This document shows, piece by piece, positions 48,454 through 56,373 of a DNA stretch of 64,000 nt; positions within the stretch are counted from its first letter, which is position 1; the number at the start of each line of letters is the position of its first letter. The notes beneath the pieces were generated by a model, which worked only from the letters and a program-made list of their open reading frames with translations, was not told where the DNA came from and made no database searches. The DNA is from Bosea sp. (in: a-proteobacteria) (GTDB lineage Bacteria; Pseudomonadota; Alphaproteobacteria; Rhizobiales; Beijerinckiaceae): the NCBI GenBank assembly GCA_031412095.1, contig JANOCI010000015.1:22636-86635 (forward strand), in the 5' to 3' direction. A program made the translations under genes and the position numbers.

Positions 48454-51429
48454 TCAAGCCGCTGCAATCTGGACAAGGGTGACCTTGCCTTCATGCATGC
48501 CCGTCACCGGGTCATAACCATAGGTGGTGACCGTGTTGACGCTTTCGCCCAGCACGATCGGATCTGTTCCCTTGGGATAGTTGCCGCGCTGGTCGACGCC
48601 CTGATAGAAGCCGCCGAAATGGAACGGCATCCAGGCCACGCCCTTGCCGACCCGCTCCGTGACGAGCGCCTTGACGCGGGCTTTGGAATTGCCCTCGGGG
48701 CCGGACACCCAGACGAACTGGCCATCCTTGATGCCGCGCGCACCGGCGTCGGCGGGGCTGATCTCGACGAACATGTCCTGCTGGAGCTCCGCCAGCCACT
48801 TGTTGGAGCGGGTCTCCTCGCCGCCGCCCTCGTACTCGACCAGCCGGCCCGAGGTGAGGATGATCGGGAAGTTGCGGGCGACGCCCTTGTCCACGGCGGC
48901 TTTCTGGATCGATCCGCCCAGGTTCGGCATGCGCAGGTTCCGCTCGTCGGGACGCGCCGGCCACTTGGCGACAAGATCGGCCCGAGGCGAGTAGATCGGC
49001 TCGCGATGGACCGGGATCGGATCGGGCAGGTTCCACGCATCGGCGCGGGCCTTGCCGTTGCCGAACGGCACGCAGCCATGGGCCAGGGCGACGCGCTGGA
49101 TGCCGCCTGAAAGGTCGGTCGCCCAGCTCACCCCGTCGATGGCGTTGCCGCCGATCCAGTTGATGGTCGCCGCCTCGGCCGGGGTCAGGTCCTTGTCCCA
49201 GCCCAGGCGCTTCAGCATGCCCATCGTGAACTCAGGGTAGCCGTCCCGGATCTCGGAGCCCTTGGGGAACGAGCCCTCGGCCAGCAGCGTGACCTTGCGC
49301 TTGCTGCCGTCGGCCAGCGTCTCCTCGCGCTCGAGGCCGAAACGCGGCCGGAACGCCCCCCCGCCATTGGCTGGCTCGAGGCTGGTGTTGTAGAGCACAT
49401 GCGTGCCGGGATGCTTCAGCTCCGGCGTGCCCCAGCACGGCCAGGGCAGGCCGTAAAAGTCGTTCTCGACCGCGGAGCCCTTTTCGCCGCGCAAGGTGAC
49501 GAGGTCGAACTTGTCCTGGTTGGCCATGTGCAGCTTGAGGCGCTCCGGAGACTGTCCGGTGTAGCCGGTCGACCAGCCGCCACGGTTGATTTCGCGCAAT
49601 ACCGATTCGGCCTGGGGCTCGTCTCCGAACTTGCCTTTGATCATCGCAATGCTCTTGAACATCTCGTTCGCGAAGCCGAGCTTCTGCGCGAGCTTGTAGA
49701 TCACCCAGTAATCATTGGCCGATTCGAAGATCGGCTCCACGATCTTCTCGCCCCACTGGATCGAGCGGTTGGAGCAGGTGCGCGAACCGTCGCATTCAAA
49801 CTGCGTGCAGATCGGCAGGAGATACGTGCCGTTCTTGCGCTTGGCGAGCGAGACGAAGTTCGTCGGGTGCGGATCGGCCACGACCAGCAGGTCGAGGTTC
49901 TCCAGGCCCTTCACGGCGTCCGGAATGCGCGGGATGGTGTTTCCGCCGTGGCCGAACACGATCATCGCCTTGAGGTTGTCCTTCTGGTCGACCTGTTCGG
50001 ACGGCAGCATGGCCGCGTCGAACCAACGGGTCGACGTGTGGCCGGACAGCTCCATGTTTGCCTTGCGGCCGCGGGCGGCGCGCCCGCCCTTTGCGGGCAC
50101 CTCGTCGAAGCGGCTCTGCAGGTACTCGTAAGGCACGTCCCAGACGCGCGCCCAGTGACGCCAGGCGCCTTCGACTAGGCCGTAGTAGAGCGGCAGGTTG
50201 CCGACGTCGAGGCCCATGTCCGTCGCGCCCTGCACGTTGCAGTGCCCGCGGAAGATGTTGGCGCCCGTGCCGTCGGAGCCGACATTGCCGGTGGCGAGCA
50301 GCAGCGTGCAGATGGCGCGCACGTTCGCGGTGCCGACCGAGTGCTGCGTCACGCCCATGCACCAGATGAAGGTGGCGGGCTTGACCGTGGCGAATGTCTG
50401 CGCGGCGCGCTTGAGCTGCGCTTCAGGAACGCCGGTGATGTCCTCGACGGTCTTGGGGTCGTATTTCTCGACCTCCTTCAGCACCGCCTCCATGCCGTAG
50501 ACGCGCGACTTGATGAAGTCCTTGTCCTCCCAGCCGTTCTTGAAGATGTGCCACATCATGCCCCAGATCACGGCGATGTCGGTGCCGGAGCGGATGCGGA
50601 CATACTCGGTCGCGTGGGCGGCCGTGCGGGTCATGCGCGGATCGAACACGATGACGTTGGCGCGGTTGGTCTCCTTACCGACCAGGATGTGCTGCATCGA
50701 GACCGGGTGCGCCTCGGCCGCGTTCGAGCCCATGAAGATCACGGTCTTCGAATTGCGGATGTCGTTGTACGAATTGGTCATGGCGCCGTAGCCCCATGTG
50801 TTGGCGACGCCCGCAACCGTCGTCGAGTGGCAGATGCGCGCCTGGTGGTCGACGTTGTTCGTGCCCCAGAACGCCGCGAACTTGCGCAGCAGATAGGCGC
50901 CCTCGTTCGAGAACTTGGCCGAGCCCAGGATGTAGGCGGAATCGGCGCCGGACTTGGCGCGGATCTCCAGCATCTTGTCGCCGATCTCGCCGATCGCCTG
51001 CTCCCAGGAGATCCGGGTCCACTGCCCGTCGACAAGCTTCATCGGGTACTTGATGCGGCGGTCGCCGTGCACCAGCTCACGCACCGAAGCGCCCTTGGCG
51101 CAATGGGTCCCGCGGTTGATCGGGCTTTCCCAGGCAGGCTCCTGCCCGACCCAGACCCCGTTCGCCACTTCGGCCTTGACCGTGCAGCCGACCGAGCAAT
51201 GGGTGCAGATGTTCTTGACGACCTTCGTGCCGGTGGCGGGGCCGAAGCCAGCCGCCTCCGCCTTCCGGACCGCGCCGATCTGGATTCCGCCAGCCAGCGC
51301 CACGCCGCCGGCGACAAGGCCCGAGCGCCGCAGGAACGAGCGGCGGTCCATCACGCCGGACGACAGGCCGCCCAGGGCTGCTGCGAGTTTGCCGCGCGAC
51401 GCGTCGGCGTTCTTGCGTTTGATCAACAT
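48454..51429 (-). CDS. fdoG: formate dehydrogenase alpha subunit (Mo/W-bisPGD), Tat-exported, cysteine-type
   Basis: Twin-arginine signal (MDRRSFLRRSG), Fe-S motif CTHCSVGC, and HQARICHSTTVAGVANTWGYGAMTN aligning to E. coli HQARV-U-HGPTVA... with Cys (codon 50830-50832) in place of Sec. ORF uninterrupted. Confidence 0.93.
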   Translation of the reverse strand: MLIKRKNADASRGKLAAALGGLSSGVMDRRSFLRRSGLVAGGVALAGGIQIGAVRKAEAAGFGPATGTKVVKNICTHCSVGCTVKAEVANGVWVGQEPAWESPINRGTHCAKGASVRELVHGDRRIKYPMKLVDGQWTRISWEQAIGEIGDKMLEIRAKSGADSAYILGSAKFSNEGAYLLRKFAAFWGTNNVDHQARICHSTTVAGVANTWGYGAMTNSYNDIRNSKTVIFMGSNAAEAHPVSMQHILVGKETNRANVIVFDPRMTRTAAHATEYVRIRSGTDIAVIWGMMWHIFKNGWEDKDFIKSRVYGMEAVLKEVEKYDPKTVEDITGVPEAQLKRAAQTFATVKPATFIWCMGVTQHSVGTANVRAICTLLLATGNVGSDGTGANIFRGHCNVQGATDMGLDVGNLPLYYGLVEGAWRHWARVWDVPYEYLQSRFDEVPAKGGRAARGRKANMELSGHTSTRWFDAAMLPSEQVDQKDNLKAMIVFGHGGNTIPRIPDAVKGLENLDLLVVADPHPTNFVSLAKRKNGTYLLPICTQFECDGSRTCSNRSIQWGEKIVEPIFESANDYWVIYKLAQKLGFANEMFKSIAMIKGKFGDEPQAESVLREINRGGWSTGYTGQSPERLKLHMANQDKFDLVTLRGEKGSAVENDFYGLPWPCWGTPELKHPGTHVLYNTSLEPANGGGAFRPRFGLEREETLADGSKRKVTLLAEGSFPKGSEIRDGYPEFTMGMLKRLGWDKDLTPAEAATINWIGGNAIDGVSWATDLSGGIQRVALAHGCVPFGNGKARADAWNLPDPIPVHREPIYSPRADLVAKWPARPDERNLRMPNLGGSIQKAAVDKGVARNFPIILTSGRLVEYEGGGEETRSNKWLAELQQDMFVEISPADAGARGIKDGQFVWVSGPEGNSKARVKALVTERVGKGVAWMPFHFGGFYQGVDQRGNYPKGTDPIVLGESVNTVTTYGYDPVTGMHEGKVTLVQIAAA

Positions 51430-51440
51430 CGGCGGCGCCC

Positions 51441-51644
51441 TCAGTAGCTGTTTGTGCGGTAAAAGGCTTTGACGTGGTCCGTCTCGCGATAACGGCCCTT
51501 CGTCTCTTCCTTGCCGGGATCGTAGGCCTCGGCAGGCGTGACCATGCCAGGCGCGACGGAGGCGGCTGCGGCGACGCTGCCGAGGCTCGCGACCTTCAGG
51601 AATCCTCGGCGGTCGAGCGCCTCTCCGGCTTTCTTTTCAGACAT
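51441..51644 (-). CDS. small twin-arginine-signal protein of FDH regions (formate dehydrogenase region TAT target)
   Basis: 67 aa from ATG 51644 with strong AAGGAGA RBS. MSEKKAGEALDRRGFLKVASLGSVAAAA... Stop lies 11 nt before the alpha subunit ATG. Confidence 0.75.
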   Translation of the reverse strand: MSEKKAGEALDRRGFLKVASLGSVAAAASVAPGMVTPAEAYDPGKEETKGRYRETDHVKAFYRTNSY

Positions 51645-51672
51645 CAGACGGTCTCCTTGCAAAATTTCGGCA

Positions 51673-52461
51673 TCAGGCCGCGAGCGCCATTGCGCTGGCC
51701 TCGACATCCATGAACACACGGCCGACGGCCCCGACGGCCCGGTAGAACTCGGACGTGCGCGACATTTCGAGATCGACGAAAAGGCGCGACGCCCAAGGCT
51801 TCAGGTGCCGGTCGAAGAACACACGGTCATCGATCCCATCGGCCTCGAATTCGCCCAGGATCAGGCCGCGCATCACGTCGAACAGAATCGCTGCGTGATC
51901 CTCGGGCTCGCCGACACGGATCTCACGGGCAAGGCCCAGCTTCTCCATGTCGCGGCGGACGTCGGCCAGCGGACGCTCGTTCAGGAAGCCGGTGCGGTAA
52001 TATGAGCCGTAAGGCAGGATCTCGCCGCGGCCGACGCCGATGAACATGTCGAAATATTCGCGCTGGAGAGCGTCGGCGGCGACCGTCCGGGCAACGTCCG
52101 CAAGCGTCAGATGCGCGGCTCCAAGCTCGGAGGGATCGCCCTTGAGCGCGGCAAGCTGCGTCAGGACATCCAACGTCGGCGCACGCCAGAGCAGGGCGCC
52201 CAGCAAGGAATATTCGTCAGCCCGCGCCGCATCCTCGGGCTCGACATGCGGCTTCGCCGCCGCAGCGTCCACGCTCACGTCATAAAGATCGGGGCGGAGC
52301 TCCACGCGCGGGATCGACGTCGCCTGCTCCACCGCGACCACGCGGTCGGCGGGAATGCGCCGCCAGGAGGAGATGGCAGGCTGGGAAATGCCGAGCACGC
52401 GGGCAAGCGCACGCACGCCCCCGGCAGCTTCAATGGCCTTTTCCAGTCCTTGGTCCCTCAT
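51673..52461 (-). CDS. fusion protein: Cro/YdaS-like HTH domain + TorD/DmsD-family redox-enzyme maturation chaperone
   Basis: N-terminus LEKAIEAAGGVRALARVLGISQPAISSWRRIPADRVVAVEQATS (YdaS/Cro-type HTH). C-terminus QREYFDMFIGVGRGEILPYGSYY...HAAILFDVM (TorD-family). Possible starts: ATG 52461, ATG 52473, GTG 52485. Confidence 0.7.
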   Translation of the reverse strand: MRDQGLEKAIEAAGGVRALARVLGISQPAISSWRRIPADRVVAVEQATSIPRVELRPDLYDVSVDAAAAKPHVEPEDAARADEYSLLGALLWRAPTLDVLTQLAALKGDPSELGAAHLTLADVARTVAADALQREYFDMFIGVGRGEILPYGSYYRTGFLNERPLADVRRDMEKLGLAREIRVGEPEDHAAILFDVMRGLILGEFEADGIDDRVFFDRHLKPWASRLFVDLEMSRTSEFYRAVGAVGRVFMDVEASAMALAA

Positions 52462-52581
52462 GGGGAAAACCATCCTCGGAGTCACATTTTGTGCAGGCGC
52501 TTCGTCAGCGTCACCCTTGGGGCTGATAATGATAGGTTATCGCCGCAGTTTGCAACTGTTCAAAAGTTGTATCCCAAGGGC
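52462..52581 (-). promoter_or_regulatory. palindrome-dense, relatively AT-rich 120-bp spacer upstream of the HTH-TorD/FDH genes (candidate internal promoter/operator)
   Basis: CCCTTGGG (52514-52521) / CCCAAGGG (52573-52580); GATAA-N7-TTATC (52525-52541); CAGTTtgcAACTG (52546-52558); CAACT-N7-AGTTG (52553-52569). Confidence 0.35.
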
Positions 52582-53400
52582 TCAGGCGGGGCTGGCGCCG
52601 CCTCCGCGCCGGCGCACGGCGGGTTTCGAGCCCTTCTGGCCCAAATTTTCCGGATCAGACGGGATCATGCCTGTGCTGCGCTGCACAATCGGAGGCGCCG
52701 CATTTTGAGGCTTTTCTGTGTCGGAAACCATCTCGCCATCATCGGCCGCCACGTTCGAGGCCGACGCTGCCGCTGGGTCAATTTCAGTGATATGCGGCGC
52801 TGCAACATCGCTTCGGCGCACAGGGTGCGGGCCCACCGGCAGCCCGCGCTCAAGGGCCTGCGGCGGAACGTCGCAATCGACAGCGACCGCATCTGCGACG
52901 GCGGCAGGCGCGTCGGCATCGCGGCGCGCATCGCTGAACATCGTCTTGAGATATTCCCTAGCCTGCGCCATGTCGGACAGCGACAAGGGGCCATGCCCCG
53001 GCGCGCCGCCCGGCGCATTGTAGTCATGGGCGTAGTCGAGCGCGGGGCTGACAAAGTCGCGGATCGCCGGATCGACGGACCACATGGCGCGCAGCGCCTC
53101 GCGCCGCGTCTCCTCCGGCACGCCCTTGCGCATGAAGGCGGACAGATCGCCGCCGGGCTGCAGGTCGGCGACATCGGGCAGGCTGCGGACCAATTCCTCG
53201 TCGATCAACTCGCCGGTCTCGGGGTCGCGCGGCCGCTCGTCGGGTTCAGCGGCGGCCGGCATGCCTTCGGGCAGCGCGGGAGGGGGCGGAGCGGGGTGGC
53301 CGACGGCCTGCAAGTCCTCGCGCGGCTCGCCCGCCTGCCGCTTGCGTCGCGACCATCTGGTCAGGAACCCCCGATCGTCATCGCCCGCGTCGCCGGTCAT
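52582..53400 (-). CDS. DUF3306-like protein
   Basis: 272 aa from ATG 53400 (ATGA overlap with the upstream stop). The N-terminal GFLTRWSRRKRQ motif is what I recall as the DUF3306 hallmark; the rest is acidic and Pro-rich. Confidence 0.65.
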   Translation of the reverse strand: MTGDAGDDDRGFLTRWSRRKRQAGEPREDLQAVGHPAPPPPALPEGMPAAAEPDERPRDPETGELIDEELVRSLPDVADLQPGGDLSAFMRKGVPEETRREALRAMWSVDPAIRDFVSPALDYAHDYNAPGGAPGHGPLSLSDMAQAREYLKTMFSDARRDADAPAAVADAVAVDCDVPPQALERGLPVGPHPVRRSDVAAPHITEIDPAAASASNVAADDGEMVSDTEKPQNAAPPIVQRSTGMIPSDPENLGQKGSKPAVRRRGGGASPA

Positions 53401-53915
53401 GACGGCCCATCCTTGCCAGTGACAGTCTTGCCGCCCGGCTTGATGCCGAAGGCATCCTTGTTGGCCTGGTCGCGTTGGCGCTTCACGAAAGGGCGCTCGA
53501 CATGGTGCTCGCGATAGAAGGCGAGTACATGGTCGGTGACAGCCTCGGGCATGGCCACCGCTTCGACGATGTCGCCCATGCCTTCGAGATAGCCTTCGCC
53601 CTCGCTCGGATCCGCCGTGACGCCCACGACCTCGATCGGCGGCTCGATGCCTGTCGGGCGGATGCAGACCCAGAGCTTGCCATGCCCGGAGACGAAATTC
53701 TCGATCAACTGCCCGGTGTCGGACGAATACAGGCTGAGGGTGGCCGGGCCGGCATAGAACAGCTCGGAACCCGCCTGCCTGCCCAGCGACGTCCACGGAG
53801 CGACGGCAGGCGCGTCGGGAAGGACTGCGACGGGAGCCCATGCATGGTCGGCCCAGACGCTGCCGGATTCGCGCCACTCCACCACCACGCCGACCGTCAT
53901 GTACGAAACCGCCAT
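53397..53915 (-). CDS. DUF3305-like protein
   Basis: 172 aa. ATG 53915 with GAAGGA RBS, 10 nt after the upstream stop. Resembles DUF3305 proteins found beside molybdoenzyme/FDH genes (family label recalled, not verified). Confidence 0.6.
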   Translation of the reverse strand: MAVSYMTVGVVVEWRESGSVWADHAWAPVAVLPDAPAVAPWTSLGRQAGSELFYAGPATLSLYSSDTGQLIENFVSGHGKLWVCIRPTGIEPPIEVVGVTADPSEGEGYLEGMGDIVEAVAMPEAVTDHVLAFYREHHVERPFVKRQRDQANKDAFGIKPGGKTVTGKDGPS

Positions 53916-53925
53916 GCCCGTTCCT

Positions 53926-54930
53926 TCAGTTGGACGCCAGGAGCGGCAAGCCCGTGACCAGATTGTGGGGCTTGAGGCGCAGATGCCGATCCTCCGTCAT
54001 CGCCATCAGCAGATAGACCGGCTTGCCCCGCGCAGCCGCTGCAAGCCGCCCCTCGTCCTTGAACGTGAGGCTGAAAAGGCCGGCCACGCGCGCCATCAGC
54101 TCCGGAGGCACGGATTTGCCTGCCCAGAGCGCATTGCCGATCCTCGTCGCATCGGCATCCAGCCCGACGAACCAGCGCCAGTCGCCATCCTCGATGCGCT
54201 CCAGAGGCGTGATCGACACATCCGCCCCGTGCAGATGCGCGATCCAGATCTCCAGCGCCCGCGCCAACGCAGCCCGGCCTGACGGCTCGCCGCCAAGGTC
54301 CAGCACCATGTCGAACGCATCGGAGCGCTGCCAGTAGCCATCAGCGTTGCCGCGCTTCAGCACATCGAGCTTTTTCGATGCGGCCTCGCCCATCATCGAC
54401 AGCAGCGGGGAGGCATGGCGTTCCTCCTCGTGCAGTTCGACGATGTCCGAATCAGCCAGCAGCATCGTGCCGTCCTGGACGGTGACGCGCTGGGACCTGA
54501 AAAAACATTCCGCGGCCCGCACGACGAACGGATCGTCGCATCCATCGAGCGCATTGCGCAGGATCACGTGGGCCATCTGCAGCATGAACAGCGGCGGCAC
54601 GCCCTTCCAGCCATCCCGTGTCAGCGCCATGTAGGCGGCCTCCAGCGTCGGCGCCCTCACCAGCGCATCGCGGAAGGCCAGGACGAAGCGCCAGTTCTCG
54701 CGCGCGTCCTCATCGACAAGCGCGGCGATCCCGGCGGGCGAGACCTGAGAGTGAGGGTCGTCGAGGAGCCGGGCATGCAGCGCGCGCTCGGCGGCGCAGG
54801 CGTCGTCGGGCGGCACCAGCTCCTTGCGGGCGAGGTACGCCTTCAGATATTCGTCCGTCAGCACAAGGCCTCCCGCGTGATCGTGCTCCAGCAGGACATG
54901 GCCGGACGAGGCCCAGAAGTGCCTGCTCAT
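53926..54930 (-). CDS. conserved hypothetical protein (334 aa, no recognisable catalytic motif; possibly the family labelled DUF6352)
   Basis: Uninterrupted ORF in the operon frame with ATGA overlap to the upstream gene. Soluble, no Cys cluster. Family label is from memory only. Confidence 0.6.
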   Translation of the reverse strand: MSRHFWASSGHVLLEHDHAGGLVLTDEYLKAYLARKELVPPDDACAAERALHARLLDDPHSQVSPAGIAALVDEDARENWRFVLAFRDALVRAPTLEAAYMALTRDGWKGVPPLFMLQMAHVILRNALDGCDDPFVVRAAECFFRSQRVTVQDGTMLLADSDIVELHEEERHASPLLSMMGEAASKKLDVLKRGNADGYWQRSDAFDMVLDLGGEPSGRAALARALEIWIAHLHGADVSITPLERIEDGDWRWFVGLDADATRIGNALWAGKSVPPELMARVAGLFSLTFKDEGRLAAAARGKPVYLLMAMTEDRHLRLKPHNLVTGLPLLASN

Positions 54931-55505
54931 CGCTTCGCTCCCGTGCCCGCATCAGCCAGCGACGCAAGGTCGACGCGCTCCAGCGGCGCATCCTCATCGC
55001 CATCGGCCTCGAAGAAGTCGAAGGCCCGGAACCCGCTCCGCGGCGCGTCCGGGCCAAGCGCCTCCGCCCGTGGGACCAGCGTGCGGAAGCGCTCGCTCAT
55101 CTGGCCATCCTCCAGCCCGCGATGGACGGCGACCAGCGTCTGGGCCGGATGGTCGCAGAGCGATGCCGCAAAGGCGATCTCCTCGGACGCAGCCGCATGG
55201 GCGGCCGCCATGTCCGGCGCGCCAAGCCGGAGCATCAGGGCCTCCGCGAACATCTCGACGGCGCGGTCACGCTCCGCCTCCGTCACCGGCGTCACGATGG
55301 CCAGCGTGGACCAGCCGAACGAGGCGGCGCCCAGAAAGCCGGAGCGGAAGGCCGCTCGGTCCTTCGGGCCCATCGCGTCGACATCGGCGTCCATGAACAT
55401 GAAGGAGCCCGGCACTGCCCACTCGCCGGGTTCCGCCGCCTGCGCAAAGACGAACGTATCGGACGGATCGAGCCGGATGGTCCTGAGGAGCTTGAGGCCG
55501 CTCAC
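54927..55505 (-). CDS. conserved hypothetical protein (192 aa; possibly the family labelled DUF6505)
   Basis: GTG 55505 overlaps the upstream TGA (GTGA). N-terminus MSGLKLLRTIRLDPSDTFVF... The longer track ORF (to 55700) overlaps the upstream gene. Confidence 0.55.
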   Translation of the reverse strand: MSGLKLLRTIRLDPSDTFVFAQAAEPGEWAVPGSFMFMDADVDAMGPKDRAAFRSGFLGAASFGWSTLAIVTPVTEAERDRAVEMFAEALMLRLGAPDMAAAHAAASEEIAFAASLCDHPAQTLVAVHRGLEDGQMSERFRTLVPRAEALGPDAPRSGFRAFDFFEADGDEDAPLERVDLASLADAGTGAKR

Positions 55506-56266
55506 AGCTTGGGCGCCCCGTTGGCGGCGTCGAACCAGTCGCTCCGGGAGAGCGCCTCGATCAGGCTGGTGCGTATCTCGCCGCCTTGCGTCCTGATCAG
55601 GAGGTCGCCATTCGGCTCGACCCCATGGCGCACGCCGGTCTCGGGGGCGATCCGGTCCAGCCAGCGCTTGACCACGGCCTTCGGGCCGCGCGAGGTCCAT
55701 TCGTCGGCGCCGTGCATGAGGTGGCGGCAGAAACTTTCGACCATGTCGACGGCGGTGACGTCGCCAAAGCCCAGCTCGTCCATGCCCACGCCGGCGCCGA
55801 CCGCAAAGGAGCGCGGCTCGCCGTCTGGCCCAGGCATCGCGACCGACCTCAGCATCGCGCCGAACACCAGCCAGTCCGGCGTCTCGTCGTCTGCGCAGGC
55901 CTCAGGCCAGGCCGTGCGTCCGCCCCCGATCAATCCGTGATCCATGATGAGCGCGTCGGGCCAGCCGAAGTTCAGGGGCCGCTCGGGCGGGCAGTGGACG
56001 GCCATCATGTCGGCCAGCGCGTTCATGCCGAGATAGTGGCCTAGCCTCGCCGTCATCAGCGGCTCCTCCGGCTCCAGCACCACCGCGAACTCGACCAGAT
56101 CATAGCGGCGGACCCACACGAGCGAAGACGCGCCCAGTTCGCCCGCGTGCCTGACGGCATGGGCAAAGGCGTCGCCGCCCTCGCGCAGGGCCGTCGCGGC
56201 GAAACCTGGCGGAAGCACCGGATCGCGGCGCATCGAGGCCAGGCGTGATGACGAGCTTGCAGACAT
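55502..56266 (-). CDS. BPL/LplA/LipB-fold ligase-like protein, degenerate (no glycine-rich GRGRxGR loop)
   Basis: LVEFAVVLEPEEPL...LGMNALADMMAV...PLNFGWPDALIMDHGLIGGG parallels the BirA core (LYLS...L..G.A.A..L...KWPNDL....K.GGIL). Possible starts: ATG 56266, ATG 56233, GTG 56281. Confidence 0.5.
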   Translation of the reverse strand: MSASSSSRLASMRRDPVLPPGFAATALREGGDAFAHAVRHAGELGASSLVWVRRYDLVEFAVVLEPEEPLMTARLGHYLGMNALADMMAVHCPPERPLNFGWPDALIMDHGLIGGGRTAWPEACADDETPDWLVFGAMLRSVAMPGPDGEPRSFAVGAGVGMDELGFGDVTAVDMVESFCRHLMHGADEWTSRGPKAVVKRWLDRIAPETGVRHGVEPNGDLLIRTQGGEIRTSLIEALSRSDWFDAANGAPKL

Positions 56267-56316
56267 ATGAGGCACGCGCACCGGAAGCTGTTTGGAATTG
56301 GTTCAGTTCCATATAA

Positions 56317-56345
56317 GGGGCAATGAAAGCAAGTGCGGGGCAATG
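56317..56345. promoter_or_regulatory. 9-bp direct repeat GGGGCAATG x2 (20-bp period) in the divergent promoter region
   Basis: 56317-56325 and 56337-56345. Also the imperfect inverted repeat GGAATTG-gtt-CAGTTCC (56294-56310) and the GGAATTCC palindrome (56356-56363). Confidence 0.35.
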
Positions 56346-56373
56346 GTCCGGTGCAGGAATTCCGGAGGCGGAC

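Noticed and set aside
48454-51429. Possible selenocysteine (in-frame TGA) and SECIS element in the FDH alpha subunit
   Set aside because: The ORF has no internal stop, and the Sec-equivalent position is a TGC cysteine codon (50830-50832).
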